NCBI GenBank assembly: GCA_038891095.1
Contig: JAWAEV010000001.1
Span: forward strand, 318,705 to 382,704
Reading direction: 5' to 3'
Length of the DNA stretch: 64,000 bases
Source of the DNA: Candidatus Altiarchaeota archaeon
GTDB lineage: Archaea; Altiarchaeota; Altiarchaeia; IMC4; QMZM01
Positions 40,541 to 51,114 of this stretch are shown piece after piece. The notes beneath the pieces are model-generated. The model was not told where the DNA came from. It did not search any database and saw nothing but the letters and a program-made list of their open reading frames with translations. Within the stretch, counting starts at the first letter, position 1. Each line of letters starts with the position of its first letter. The position numbers were made by a program, and so were the translations under genes.

Positions 40541-41629
40541 ATGTTAAAATCTCTGATAAATGAAGTATTTAAGAAGGATGATGAAAAAGCAAGTGGTGAA
40601 TCTCAGGAATTTTTTGGATCTGAGAGGATTAGGATAACGATTCTTGGAACTGGGGGTGCAGGAAATAATACTGTTAATAGACTTTGTAGAATTGGAATTT
40701 CAGGTGTTGATTTAGTGGCTTGTAATACAGATATGCAAGATCTGAAGAAAATTGATGATAAAATCCAGAAAGTTCTTATTGGGGAGAAGCTTACTCATGG
40801 CTTAGGAGCAGGAGGCTTTCCAGATATTGGAGAAAAAGCAGCTGAAATGTCAAAAGAGAAAATTGCAAAAGCACTTGAAGGGACTCACCTTCTTTTTTTA
40901 ACTGCAGGCATGGGTGGTGGTACTGGCACAGGGTCTGCACCGGTTATAGCACAAATCGCTCATGACTTAGGAGCAATTGTTGTTGCAGTTGTGACATTTC
41001 CGTTTAAACTTGAGCGTGCTAGGCTTGAGAAAGCAAGACAAGGAATTGACAACTTAAGAAAGGTCTCAGATACTGTGATAATAATTGATAATAATAAACT
41101 AGTTGAGTATGTACCGAATTTACCAATAGATAAAGCATTTATGGTTGCTGATGAAGTTATCGCAAGAGCAGTTAAGGGAATTAGCGATACTATTCTTGAA
41201 CCCTCACTTATAAATTTGGATTTTGCAGATATAAAAGCAGTTATGAGCCATGGAAAAATAGCGATGATGAGTATTGGTGATGGTCAAGGACCAAATAGGG
41301 TTGAGATGGCAGTTAAAAATACTCTCTCCCAGCCATTGTTAGATGTTGACTATACTGGGGCAAAAGGTGCACTTATCCATGTTACTGGTGGTGAGAGCAT
41401 GACAATTGGAGAAGCAACAATGGTAGGGAAGCTATTGACTAAGGATATGAGCCATGATGCAAATGTAACATTTGGTGCGAGAGTTGATCCTAAGCTGAAG
41501 GATAAGTTAGAAGTTTTTGGGATTTTCACAGGTGTTAGGTCACCAAACATTCTTGGGCGAGAAGAAATTTTAGCAGGTCAAGAGCTATACACTCCTAAGA
41601 TTGATAGCTGGGATATAGAAACCCTTTAA
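40541..41629 (+). CDS. ftsZ: cell division protein FtsZ
   Basis: GGAGNN, GMGGGTGTG, INLDFAD. Confidence 0.97.
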   Translation: MLKSLINEVFKKDDEKASGESQEFFGSERIRITILGTGGAGNNTVNRLCRIGISGVDLVACNTDMQDLKKIDDKIQKVLIGEKLTHGLGAGGFPDIGEKAAEMSKEKIAKALEGTHLLFLTAGMGGGTGTGSAPVIAQIAHDLGAIVVAVVTFPFKLERARLEKARQGIDNLRKVSDTVIIIDNNKLVEYVPNLPIDKAFMVADEVIARAVKGISDTILEPSLINLDFADIKAVMSHGKIAMMSIGDGQGPNRVEMAVKNTLSQPLLDVDYTGAKGALIHVTGGESMTIGEATMVGKLLTKDMSHDANVTFGARVDPKLKDKLEVFGIFTGVRSPNILGREEILAGQELYTPKIDSWDIETL

Positions 41630-41637
41630 TTTCTATA

Positions 41638-41742
41638 ATGAAAAAGAAGAAAAAGCCAAAACAAGAGTCGGAAGAAGACATTTTAGATGACAATTTACCC
41701 GAGAGGGAAGAAGAGGAAGATGATGCTATAAAAGGTATATGA
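41638..41742 (+). CDS. 34-aa basic-head/acidic-tail peptide
   Basis: MKKKKKPKQESEEDILDDNLPEREEEEDDAIKGI*, 8 bp after the ftsZ stop. Confidence 0.45.
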   Translation: MKKKKKPKQESEEDILDDNLPEREEEEDDAIKGI

Positions 41743-41778
41743 AGTACTATAAAAAATTTATTCCTAATTTTCTTTTTT

Positions 41779-43194
41779 ATGACTCTAAAGGTTTTTAATA
41801 CTTTAACAAGGCAGAAGGAAAAATTTATTCCTTTAAAGGGAAAGAGAGTTAACATGTTTGTTTGTGGTCCTACTGTTTATGATTTCTCACATTTAGGACA
41901 TGCAAGAACTTATGTTGCATTTGATGTAATCGCAAGATATCTTCGTTATAAAGGCTATAGTGTTTTCTATTTGATGAATATAACTGACATCGATGATAAA
42001 ATTATCAATAGAGCAAATGAGAAAAAAATTTCAGCAGAAAAACTTGCAGAAGAGTTTTTAATTGAATTTTTCAAAGATATAAAAGCTCTGAAAATTGAAT
42101 CAGTTAATTTATATCAAAAAGCAACAGATTTTATTCCAGAAATAATATCACAAGTCAATGGCCTTGTAGAAAAAGGTTATGCCTATGAAGTTAATGGTGA
42201 TGTTTATTATGAAGTGAAAAAATTTTCTGAGTTTGGAAAACTCTCTAAGCAGTCATTAGAAGAGCTAATTGCAGGCGCAAGGGTAGAAGTTGATAAAAAA
42301 AAGAAGAATCCTGAAGATTTTGTTTTATGGAAAAAACAAAAAAAGGGGGAGCCATTCTGGAACTCACCTTGGAGTAATGGCAGACCAGGTTGGCATATTG
42401 AGGATACTGCAATTTCAATTACGCATTTTGGAGAGCAATATGATATCCATGGTGGAGCAATTGATTTAATTTTTCCACATCATGAAGCGGAAATTGCAAT
42501 TGCTGAATCACTCACTGGAAAAAAACCATTTGTTAAATATTGGCTTCATACTGGATTTTTAAAAGTAAATGGGGAAAAAATGTCAAAATCCTTAGGGAAT
42601 TTCATAACGATAAGAGAATTGCTTAAAAGATATGATGCAATGGTCCTAAGATTTTTCCTTTTGTATACTCATTACAGGAGTCCAATAGATTTCACATATG
42701 AGTTCTTAGATGAAGCAAAAAATGCATGGCAATACATAAAAGACACTTTTTCAAGAATTGAAGAGATAACAAAAGTCAAAAAAGATAAAAGCAAGATCAG
42801 CAAAACAGATAAGAAGATTCTCCTTCTGATGAAAAAAACAAAAGATGAATTTATAAAATCCATGGATGACGACTTTAACACAAGAGAAGCTATCTCAAAG
42901 ATTTTTGACTTCACAAGAGAAGTAAATAAATTTATAGACGAAATTTCAGAGACTGCTGCGAATAAAATTTTGAATTTTTATATTGAGTTATGCAACATAC
43001 TTGGTCTGGAATTTTATGAAAGAAAGGAAAGCTCAATGGAAGATAAACTAATTCAGATTATTGTGATGATAAGAGAAAAACTAAGGGCAAAAAAAGATTT
43101 TGAAACATCAGATCTGATAAGGGAGAAATTAAAGGAAATTGGTATAATTTTAGGTGATGACAAAGGTGGTGTAAAGGTGATAAAAAAATATTAA
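41779..43194 (+). CDS. cysS: cysteine--tRNA ligase
   Basis: CGPTVYD..HLGHAR, GRPGWHIE, FPHHE, KMSKS. Confidence 0.97.
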   Translation: MTLKVFNTLTRQKEKFIPLKGKRVNMFVCGPTVYDFSHLGHARTYVAFDVIARYLRYKGYSVFYLMNITDIDDKIINRANEKKISAEKLAEEFLIEFFKDIKALKIESVNLYQKATDFIPEIISQVNGLVEKGYAYEVNGDVYYEVKKFSEFGKLSKQSLEELIAGARVEVDKKKKNPEDFVLWKKQKKGEPFWNSPWSNGRPGWHIEDTAISITHFGEQYDIHGGAIDLIFPHHEAEIAIAESLTGKKPFVKYWLHTGFLKVNGEKMSKSLGNFITIRELLKRYDAMVLRFFLLYTHYRSPIDFTYEFLDEAKNAWQYIKDTFSRIEEITKVKKDKSKISKTDKKILLLMKKTKDEFIKSMDDDFNTREAISKIFDFTREVNKFIDEISETAANKILNFYIELCNILGLEFYERKESSMEDKLIQIIVMIREKLRAKKDFETSDLIREKLKEIGIILGDDKGGVKVIKKY

Positions 43195-43538
43195 CATGTT
43201 AAGTGAAAGGCTGCGATAACTTTCTCTTTTCCTGCTTTTTCATTGAAAATTTTCACTGCCTCATTTGTTGTTTTTATTATGACATCAATACCTTTAGCTT
43301 TTATTCTCTTGATAACATCTTCTGGAACTTGCATTAAGCCATTATAACCAGTGCCGATAATCAATGTGAAATTCTCATATTTATTTTCAAAAATTTCAGG
43401 AATATCCTCTAAGCACAGTTCATGGCCTTCTTTTCTGAACCAATTCTCTCTAATCCTATCTGGGAGTATTATTAGATCTTTTTTGTATTCCTTTCCATTA
43501 ATGACAATTCTACCAAATTTATATGAATCTATTTTCAT
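43191..43538 (-). CDS. Mth938-like (DUF498) protein
   Basis: IDSY.FG.I.ING..Y..D, IIGTG..G, T.EA...FN, FHLTC. Confidence 0.92.
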   Translation of the reverse strand: MKIDSYKFGRIVINGKEYKKDLIILPDRIRENWFRKEGHELCLEDIPEIFENKYENFTLIIGTGYNGLMQVPEDVIKRIKAKGIDVIIKTTNEAVKIFNEKAGKEKVIAAFHLTC

Positions 43539-43585
43539 TATAACTAACACATTAAATTATAAGATTAGCTACAGTATATAAAAAG

Positions 43586-44860
43586 ATGGGCTATGTCAGT
43601 AGATACCAATCTTGGGAAAGGCCAAGATGTAAAATTTTTAAAGAAATGCAGAAAATGTATCCTCGTAGCAAGGAATTATGCTTGATATGCAAAGGAGGTA
43701 GATTGTTATGCGGATTGCCAAATTGTCCAATAATAGAGAAAATTTCAATTCAAATTCCTATAAAAAGAAGGATTTCAAGAGAAATTTTTGGACCATCTCC
43801 GTCAATTTTTGTTGGTTGGCACAACTATCCAAGAGTATTTATTGGTCCAATGACATCCTTAAATAGTGAAAAAGCTGAGATAATAGACAATCCAAGACTT
43901 TGGTATGGAGCCAATTTTTCTGAGATAATAGAGATGCGTTCATTGCTTGTTAGATCAAAAAGAAAGCAAAAAGTTGATGAGAAAAACAAATTTCTGCAAG
44001 ACTCACAAGAAATTGCACTATCAGTAAAACCAATAGACATTGAAACAAAATTTAAAAAAGAGCCAACATATAAAATTTCATTTTCTGCAATTTCCCAACC
44101 AATTGGACCTTCGGGAGAAATAGAAAATTTTAAAATAGTTGAAAATCCAAAAATTCCAAAGAAAGTTGATACATTAATCTCAGAAAAAGTAAATGCAAAA
44201 GACGCTGTGTTTCAACTATATAATGACAAATTTGATGTTTATTATTTAGCTACTGCTCTCTCATCTGGAGTTTTTGGTAGAGAAGAAAATAGAAGAATTG
44301 TGCCAACAAGATGGTCAATAACGGCAATTGATGACATCATTGCAAAGGAGTTAATGAAAAAAATAAGGCAATATCCTGAAATAAATGAATTTCTTGCTTA
44401 TTCAAATGAATATCTCTTTAATCACTTTGAAATTCTTTTGATGCCAGGTAGATGGGAATTTGAACAATTTGAGGCGTGGGCCCCAAAAACTCTTTGGACA
44501 CAAACAGTCTCAAGACCAGTTATTGTTGAAGAACATGAACCATTTAAAGGCAGGAAAACATATGCAATAAAGGAAGGTGGCGGCTATTATGCAGGTAGAC
44601 TTGCTGTAGTTGAAGCATTAGAAAAAATTAAAAGGCAGGCAAAGGTTATAGTTTTTAGAGAAATTTCTGAAGGTTATATAATGCCTGTTGGTGTTTGGGA
44701 AGTAAGGGAAAATGTAAGAAAAGCATTTAATAACCCTCCAGAAAAATTCTCAAATTTAAATGAAGCATTAAAGTATATAAACTCAAAATTGACTATACCA
44801 ATAAAGGAATACATAAAGAGAAGTGAGATATTAAAGCAAAAGAGAATAAATGAATATTAA
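43586..44860 (+). CDS. Nre-family archaeal DNA repair protein
   Basis: C..CKG...LCG...CP, SIFVG...YP, VPTRWSITA.DD, PVGVW.VRE, C-terminal PIP-like QKRINEY. Confidence 0.92.
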   Translation: MGYVSRYQSWERPRCKIFKEMQKMYPRSKELCLICKGGRLLCGLPNCPIIEKISIQIPIKRRISREIFGPSPSIFVGWHNYPRVFIGPMTSLNSEKAEIIDNPRLWYGANFSEIIEMRSLLVRSKRKQKVDEKNKFLQDSQEIALSVKPIDIETKFKKEPTYKISFSAISQPIGPSGEIENFKIVENPKIPKKVDTLISEKVNAKDAVFQLYNDKFDVYYLATALSSGVFGREENRRIVPTRWSITAIDDIIAKELMKKIRQYPEINEFLAYSNEYLFNHFEILLMPGRWEFEQFEAWAPKTLWTQTVSRPVIVEEHEPFKGRKTYAIKEGGGYYAGRLAVVEALEKIKRQAKVIVFREISEGYIMPVGVWEVRENVRKAFNNPPEKFSNLNEALKYINSKLTIPIKEYIKRSEILKQKRINEY

Positions 44861-44862
44861 AA

Positions 44863-45663
44863 ATGCCAACCGTTGAATTTAAATTTAAAGAATTGTGTAG
44901 TTTTCTTGGGAAAAATTTCAAACCAGATGAGTTAAAGGAGAGAATTTCAATGTTAGGAGTAGATTTAGAAAGAATAGATGAAAACAAAATAGTGATGGAA
45001 ATTTTCCCCAACAGGCCAGATTTACTGAGTATTGAAGGTTTTTCTAGAGCATTAAAAGGAGTTCTTAATATTGAGAGCGGGCTAAAGTATTACCATTTAT
45101 TTGATTCTGACACAAAAATTTTTGTTGATAAAAGCGTTGAAAATGTAAGACCATATATCGTTGGAACAATTATCAAAAATATTTCAATGGATGAAAATTT
45201 TTTAATTTCACTTATGGATTTGCAAGAGAAGTTGCATGTAACTCATGGAAGAAACCGTAGAAAAGTTGCAATTGGGGTTCATGACTTTTCAAAAGTTAAA
45301 CCAAATTTCACTTATAAAGCAGTTAAGCCAAAAGAAATCTCGTTTTTGCCTTTGGACATGTCTGAAGAAATGACTTTAGAAAAAATTTTAAAGAAACATC
45401 CTAAAGGAAAAGAGTATTCTTTTATCCTTGAAGGAAAAGAACGATATCCTGTTCTCATAGATAAAAATAAAAATGTCCTTTCATTTCCGCCAATTATAAA
45501 TGCAGAGCTCACAAGAGTAACTTACGAGACAAAAGAAATTTTCATTGATATTACTGGTCTGGATGAAATTGCAATAAATCAGGCTTTAAATATAGTAACA
45601 ACATCAATAGCAGAAAGATCTAAAGAAGCTAAAATTTACTCTGTTGAGATAATAAAAGTATAA
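44863..45663 (+). CDS. pheT: phenylalanine--tRNA ligase beta subunit, N-terminal half only (B1 + B3/B4)
   Basis: MPTVE, PNRPDLLS.EG, QEKLH.T.GRNR.KVAIG.HD, SFPPIIN; stops at 266 aa with no B5 or C-terminal domains. Confidence 0.85.
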   Translation: MPTVEFKFKELCSFLGKNFKPDELKERISMLGVDLERIDENKIVMEIFPNRPDLLSIEGFSRALKGVLNIESGLKYYHLFDSDTKIFVDKSVENVRPYIVGTIIKNISMDENFLISLMDLQEKLHVTHGRNRRKVAIGVHDFSKVKPNFTYKAVKPKEISFLPLDMSEEMTLEKILKKHPKGKEYSFILEGKERYPVLIDKNKNVLSFPPIINAELTRVTYETKEIFIDITGLDEIAINQALNIVTTSIAERSKEAKIYSVEIIKV

Positions 45664-45691
45664 ATTCTCTTTTTTCTATTTTAATAATGAT

Positions 45692-48574
45692 ATGAAAATT
45701 CAAAAGGTAAAGACATTGGCATTTGCTATTTCTCAACAAAGGGAAGAACAAATTGAAAAAGAGTTGAAGAGTAAATCAGATAAAAAAATTTTAGGTTTTT
45801 TTAGTAGTTATGATGTCTCAGAAATAATCCATGCCTATGCTCCAATAGGAAAATTTAAAGTTTCTCGCTTAGAAAATGTTGCCAAAGGAGTCCTTAGAGA
45901 AAAAGAATTTGAAACAATTGAGAACTACTTTTATATTGATCTCACCAATCTTGAGATCTTCTATTTTGATGTAAAGACTAAGGAGATCATAAGATATGAG
46001 ATCTTACAAAAATGTTTCGACTTGAGTGAGGGCGCAATAGTAACACTAGGTAACATTTTGAGATATGGTGAAACTCTTCTTGAAAAGTTGGATTACAACA
46101 ATGTACAAGAACTTGCTAATTTGGGACTTATAAAAATTTTTAAGCCAAAGTTAAAGGAGATTTCAGCTCTGCTCATTGATGAGTTAAGTCCTGAATCAAA
46201 AAGAAAAACAATTGTGAAAGATAGGGTAAAAGTTTCTTTTCATATACCCTACTTCTCCAACAGTGGATATAACTTAGAAAATTTTCTCTATGTTGAAGAT
46301 AAAAAAGTGCCAAGTTATCAAGTTCAGCACATAAAGTATTCAATAGTAAAAATTTCTGAAGTTATAAAGCACGTTTTTCAAGCAGAAAATTCTCTAACAG
46401 GAATTATCTTCATGCCATTTTTGGAATGCAAATATTTAGAAAGAGGAAAAATCAAAACATTTGATAGAAAATTTCCTATTTTTCTCATTAATGAAACAGC
46501 ACAAAAGAAAGAAGCATCTGAAGTAATAATTCCACTGGCATTGTCAACTGAGCTCGATGCCCCTGAAAGTGTGCCAATAGAACATCCAACAATAAATTTT
46601 TCTGATGTTGTCGATCTTGAAAATGTAAAGGAAGAAATTAGAGATGAAATTATCTATCCCTTACAAAATCCTGAAATTTCAAAAAAATTTGGAAAAAAAG
46701 CCGGTGGTGGAATCCTTCTCTATGGGCCACCGGGTTGTGGAAAAACTCTAATAGCAAAAGCGGCAATTGGGGAATGTAACGCCTCCTTCTTTAATATTAA
46801 CATTTCAGATTTAGTTTCAAGAGGAATTGAAGTAGCACCAAAAATTTTACATGATATTTTTGAAAGAGCAGTAAAAGAAGCCCCTTCTGTTATTTTTATT
46901 GACGAAATTGATGCGATTGGTGGTAAGAGAACTGCTGAAGAACAACATTTTGCAAGGGTAATTATTGACCAACTACTTATGGAGATTGATGGAGTTGAAA
47001 GTATGAAAGAGAGTATACTTTTCATCGCAGCAACAAATGCTCCGTGGGCAATTGATCCTGCATTGAGAAGAAGTGAGAGATTCACAAAGCAGATTTTCAT
47101 ACCTCCGCCTGATTTTGCGACAAGAGTTAAACTTTTTGAGAAGTATACTCTTGACAAAGAACTAGAGGATAATGTAAATTTTGAAGAACTTGCTAAATTA
47201 ACAGAGGGTTATGCATCATCAGATATAAAAGCAATATGTGATGAAGCAGTCAAAATTCCATGGGAAGAAACAATTCACGGCTTAAAAGAAAGAAAAATTT
47301 CGCATGAGGATTTTATAAATGCAATCTCAAAACAAAAATCTTCACTTATACCATGGTTTAAAGTCGCAAGAAGAGAGTTTGAAAAAAGTGGGGAGCTCTC
47401 ACTCTTCAAAGAATTTTCAGAATTCATTCTAAAGTATTCTGGTGGAGTTGATGAATCAAAAAAGCCAGAAATGACATTTGACGATGTTGCTGATTTAGAG
47501 ATGGTTAAAGATGAGTTAAGGAAGAGGGTAATATATCCAATAAAAAATCAAGATTTAGCTGAAAAAATTGGAATTGAGAAAAGTGCAGGAATCCTCCTTT
47601 ATGGCCCGCCTGGCTGTGGGAAAACACATATAGCAAAAGCAATAGTTGGCGAATGCAATGCAACTTTTTTCAATGTTCGCATTACAGATATTCTCTCAAA
47701 TGAAGGTGGAGAACCAGAAAGGATAATTCAAGAGATATTTGAGAGAGCAGAGAAAAATGCGCCTGCTATAATCTTTATTGATGAAATTGATGCTCTGCTT
47801 GGTAGGAGGGATCTTGATAGAGAAGAAAAAAGGGTTCTTGCTCAATTTCTTATTGAGATGGATGGCTTTGAAAAGAAAAAAGGAGTTTTTGTTATTGCTG
47901 CAACAAATGCTCCGTGGGCAATTGATCCTGCGTTAAGAAGAGCAGGAAGATTTACTTCACAAATTTTTGTTCAACCACCAAATTTTGAAGCAAGAGTAAA
48001 ATTATTTGAAATGTTTCTAAAAGACAAAAAAATTTCAAATGATGTCAATATAGAAAAACTCGCAGAGTTGACTGATGGTTATGCATCCTCTGATATAAAA
48101 GCAATATGTGATTTGGCATTTGACATATCTTTGGAGGATGTAATCAACACAGGTCATAGTAGAGAGATAACACAAAGCGACCTTATAACAGCAATTTCGA
48201 AGCAAAAGTCATCTTTAGCTTCATGGTATAAGATGGCTAAAAAACAAATATTAGAGTGCGATGAAAAAGAGATTTATATTGATCTCATGAGGAATATCGA
48301 TGAATTTGAAAAAAAATTTATTGAAAAGCAGGACATAAAAGAGATACTTGATATGGAAAAAGTAAAGCTTGGGATTTTAAGTGCTAAAGATAAGGAAACA
48401 AAATTAAGTCAACTATATGAAGAAAAAAATAATATAGAGAGAATGATTGAAGAAGCGAGACAAAGGTATTACACAAGAAAAATTGATGAAGAAAGTTTTA
48501 GGAGGATAATAAAAGATTATGAAGAGAGGCTAATTGCTCTTGATATTGAGATAAAAAGATTAAAAGAAAATTAA
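45692..48574 (+). CDS. double-AAA ATPase with novel N-terminal domain and C-terminal coiled coil
   Basis: Two modules with [28 protein letters not shown]; the ~290-aa N-terminus is not a Cdc48 N domain. Confidence 0.9.
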   Translation: MKIQKVKTLAFAISQQREEQIEKELKSKSDKKILGFFSSYDVSEIIHAYAPIGKFKVSRLENVAKGVLREKEFETIENYFYIDLTNLEIFYFDVKTKEIIRYEILQKCFDLSEGAIVTLGNILRYGETLLEKLDYNNVQELANLGLIKIFKPKLKEISALLIDELSPESKRKTIVKDRVKVSFHIPYFSNSGYNLENFLYVEDKKVPSYQVQHIKYSIVKISEVIKHVFQAENSLTGIIFMPFLECKYLERGKIKTFDRKFPIFLINETAQKKEASEVIIPLALSTELDAPESVPIEHPTINFSDVVDLENVKEEIRDEIIYPLQNPEISKKFGKKAGGGILLYGPPGCGKTLIAKAAIGECNASFFNINISDLVSRGIEVAPKILHDIFERAVKEAPSVIFIDEIDAIGGKRTAEEQHFARVIIDQLLMEIDGVESMKESILFIAATNAPWAIDPALRRSERFTKQIFIPPPDFATRVKLFEKYTLDKELEDNVNFEELAKLTEGYASSDIKAICDEAVKIPWEETIHGLKERKISHEDFINAISKQKSSLIPWFKVARREFEKSGELSLFKEFSEFILKYSGGVDESKKPEMTFDDVADLEMVKDELRKRVIYPIKNQDLAEKIGIEKSAGILLYGPPGCGKTHIAKAIVGECNATFFNVRITDILSNEGGEPERIIQEIFERAEKNAPAIIFIDEIDALLGRRDLDREEKRVLAQFLIEMDGFEKKKGVFVIAATNAPWAIDPALRRAGRFTSQIFVQPPNFEARVKLFEMFLKDKKISNDVNIEKLAELTDGYASSDIKAICDLAFDISLEDVINTGHSREITQSDLITAISKQKSSLASWYKMAKKQILECDEKEIYIDLMRNIDEFEKKFIEKQDIKEILDMEKVKLGILSAKDKETKLSQLYEEKNNIERMIEEARQRYYTRKIDEESFRRIIKDYEERLIALDIEIKRLKEN

Positions 48575-48577
48575 GAC

Positions 48578-49465
48578 CTACATTCTTTTATATCTTTCTA
48601 TAATAGCATCCCATGTTGGTAGATTAGTTTGACAACCCCATTTTTCAACTATGAAGGAAGCAGTTACATTTCCAATTTTTACAGCGTCGTAAAGCTCAAA
48701 ACCTTTTAGATATGCTGTAATAAAACCTGCATTAAATGCATCTCCTGCTCCAGAAGTATCAACAACTTTTGTCTGATATGCAGGAATTCTTATCTGTGTT
48801 TGTTTTGAGTAAACATCACATCCTTTTGAACCGATTGTTATAATAAAAACTTCAGGTCCTAAATTTGAATTCAATTTGAATCCAAGTTTTTCTAAATGAT
48901 CTAATTCATGTTTATTCATGATAAGAATATCGACTCTTTTTAAAATTGTATAAAAGTCATCAGGAATTTTATCGAATTTAAAAACACCATAGCCTGGGTT
49001 ATAAACAAGAAGTTTATTTCTACAAAATTTTGAAACTTTTTTTTGCAATTTTAGATAAGTCCTTGCCATATATATGCATTTTGAATTTTCTATAAGCTCT
49101 TCATCAACCTCTAAGTCATTAAGGCAAGATGTAACCCCTCTATAGAAGAAGCTTATGCTCTTATCATTAGCTTTGAAAAATAAACTCCTGGTAGTGTCAC
49201 CAAAAACACCTTTAAAGAAGAGTTTAACTCCTAAATTTCTCATGTAGTTAACATAATCTTCAGCATCTGTTCCTATTACTGAAAAAAGCCCAACTTTCAA
49301 GCCAAGATTTGTTGCAACAACTGCAGTATTCGCACCCATACCACCATAAAAACTTTGAGAACGCAGTATTTCTGCAGCATTGTTTATCTTTGGTATGGAA
49401 TCAACTTCATAGAAATGATCAATTGCAGTATCACCAAAAACTAAAAGGTCAAGTTTTTCATTCAT
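48578..49465 (-). CDS. PfkB-family carbohydrate/nucleoside kinase
   Basis: GG.GANTAV, NPG, N..E, VDTSGAGDAFNAG. Confidence 0.92.
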   Translation of the reverse strand: MNEKLDLLVFGDTAIDHFYEVDSIPKINNAAEILRSQSFYGGMGANTAVVATNLGLKVGLFSVIGTDAEDYVNYMRNLGVKLFFKGVFGDTTRSLFFKANDKSISFFYRGVTSCLNDLEVDEELIENSKCIYMARTYLKLQKKVSKFCRNKLLVYNPGYGVFKFDKIPDDFYTILKRVDILIMNKHELDHLEKLGFKLNSNLGPEVFIITIGSKGCDVYSKQTQIRIPAYQTKVVDTSGAGDAFNAGFITAYLKGFELYDAVKIGNVTASFIVEKWGCQTNLPTWDAIIERYKRM

Positions 49466-49505
49466 GATATTTAATTAAGAATTTGTTAAAATTAATCATT
49501 ATAAA

Positions 49506-50183
49506 ATGAAAGTCGTAATTTCTCTTGGAGGTTCTTTACTATGCCCAAAAAATTTTGACTATGTCTTTGCAGAGAAATTCTCAAAATTTATAAAAGATAT
49601 GAGTGAAAAGCATAAATTTGTCATTGTTACAGGTGGGGGAAAAATAGCAAGAAGATTTATTGCAAGAGCAAGAAAAGAAAAAGCAAATGAGTTTCTTTGT
49701 GATTTAGAAGGTATAAAAGCAACTCACATAAATGCTAAGAAACTTTCTGAATTTTTTTATAGAAAAAAAGTGGAAATCCCGAAAAATTTTTCAGATGCAA
49801 TGAAAGTGTTCAAGAAAAGAGGCATTGTTGTCATGGGTGGCACATCTCCAGGACATTCGACTGATGCTGTCGCAGCACTTATGGCAGAATGCATAAATGC
49901 TGACTTGCTTATAAATGCGACAAATGTATCTGGGGTTTATAATAAAAATCCAAGAAAATATAAAGATGCACGACTCTATAAAAAAATTTCGATTAAAGGC
50001 CTTATGAAAATGCTCGCAAACTATTCATCAAAAGCAGGAAAATATGAATTAATTGATTTCATTGCCTTGCAAATAATTCAAAGATCAAAAATAAAAACAA
50101 TTTTTTTAGATGGAAAAAATTTAGAAAATTTAAAGAAAGCAATTGAAGGAAAAAAATTTGTTGGCACAACAATCACATTTTAA
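49506..50183 (+). CDS. pyrH: UMP kinase
   Basis: VISLGGS, TGGG..AR, GGT.PGHSTD, TNV.GVY..NP. Confidence 0.95.
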   Translation: MKVVISLGGSLLCPKNFDYVFAEKFSKFIKDMSEKHKFVIVTGGGKIARRFIARARKEKANEFLCDLEGIKATHINAKKLSEFFYRKKVEIPKNFSDAMKVFKKRGIVVMGGTSPGHSTDAVAALMAECINADLLINATNVSGVYNKNPRKYKDARLYKKISIKGLMKMLANYSSKAGKYELIDFIALQIIQRSKIKTIFLDGKNLENLKKAIEGKKFVGTTITF

Positions 50184-50192
50184 GAGAAACTG

Positions 50193-51113
50193 TCAATCTA
50201 TATAACTCAACCAGTCTTCATATCTTTTATTTTCACCATGAACTATATTAAGATACTCCTTTTGAATTTCTCTTGTTATGTTACCAACAATTCCTTTTCC
50301 TATTTTAATAAAATCTGCTTCTCTTATTGGGATTATTTCAGCAGCAGTCCCTGAAAGAAATGCTTCATCACAACTATAGAGAAATCCTCTAGTAATATTT
50401 TGCTCTGAAACATCATATCCTAAATCATTAGCAATTTTTATTATTGAATCTCTTGTTATTCCTGGTAATATGCTCGCTGAGACTGGGGGAGTATAAATTT
50501 TTTTATCTTTAATAAGGAATATATTCTCCCCACTTGCTTCAGAGATAAATCCATTAGAATCTAAAATAATTGCCTCATCATAGCCAAGGTTAATAGCTTC
50601 TGACCTGCATAAAATTGAATTTATATATTGACCAGTTGCTTTTGCATTCATAGGTAGAGAATTTTGGGGAATTCTATAGAATGAAGAAATCTTCACTCTT
50701 ATCCCATTTTCAAAATTTTCTTTTTTAAAATATTCTCCTTCTAAAGAGGCGATTGCAACATCAACAGGGCAATTTCTTGGTATGATATCCATAGTACCAT
50801 AGCCGTAATAAGCTATTATCCTTATATAGCACTCAGCTAAACCATTAACACTTATGAGGTCTTTTATAGCATTGCATAGCTCTTCCTTAGAGTAGGGAAT
50901 TTTCATCAGATAAATTTTTGCAGAATTTTCAAGTCTTTCTATATGGTCATTTAATCTAAAGATAGCACTACCTCTTTTTGTTTTATAACAACGAAGGCCC
51001 TCGAAAACTCCTGAACCATAATGCAATCCATGGCTGAGAACATGTATTTTTGCATCTTTCCAATCAACAAATTTACCATTCATCCATATCTTTTTTGTTT
51101 CTTTTAGCAACAT
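50193..51113 (-). CDS. ilvE: branched-chain amino acid aminotransferase
   Basis: HGLHYGSGVFEG, AKATGQY.NS, E.SGENIF, LPGITR, GTAAEI. Confidence 0.96.
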   Translation of the reverse strand: MLLKETKKIWMNGKFVDWKDAKIHVLSHGLHYGSGVFEGLRCYKTKRGSAIFRLNDHIERLENSAKIYLMKIPYSKEELCNAIKDLISVNGLAECYIRIIAYYGYGTMDIIPRNCPVDVAIASLEGEYFKKENFENGIRVKISSFYRIPQNSLPMNAKATGQYINSILCRSEAINLGYDEAIILDSNGFISEASGENIFLIKDKKIYTPPVSASILPGITRDSIIKIANDLGYDVSEQNITRGFLYSCDEAFLSGTAAEIIPIREADFIKIGKGIVGNITREIQKEYLNIVHGENKRYEDWLSYID

Positions 51114-51114
51114 T

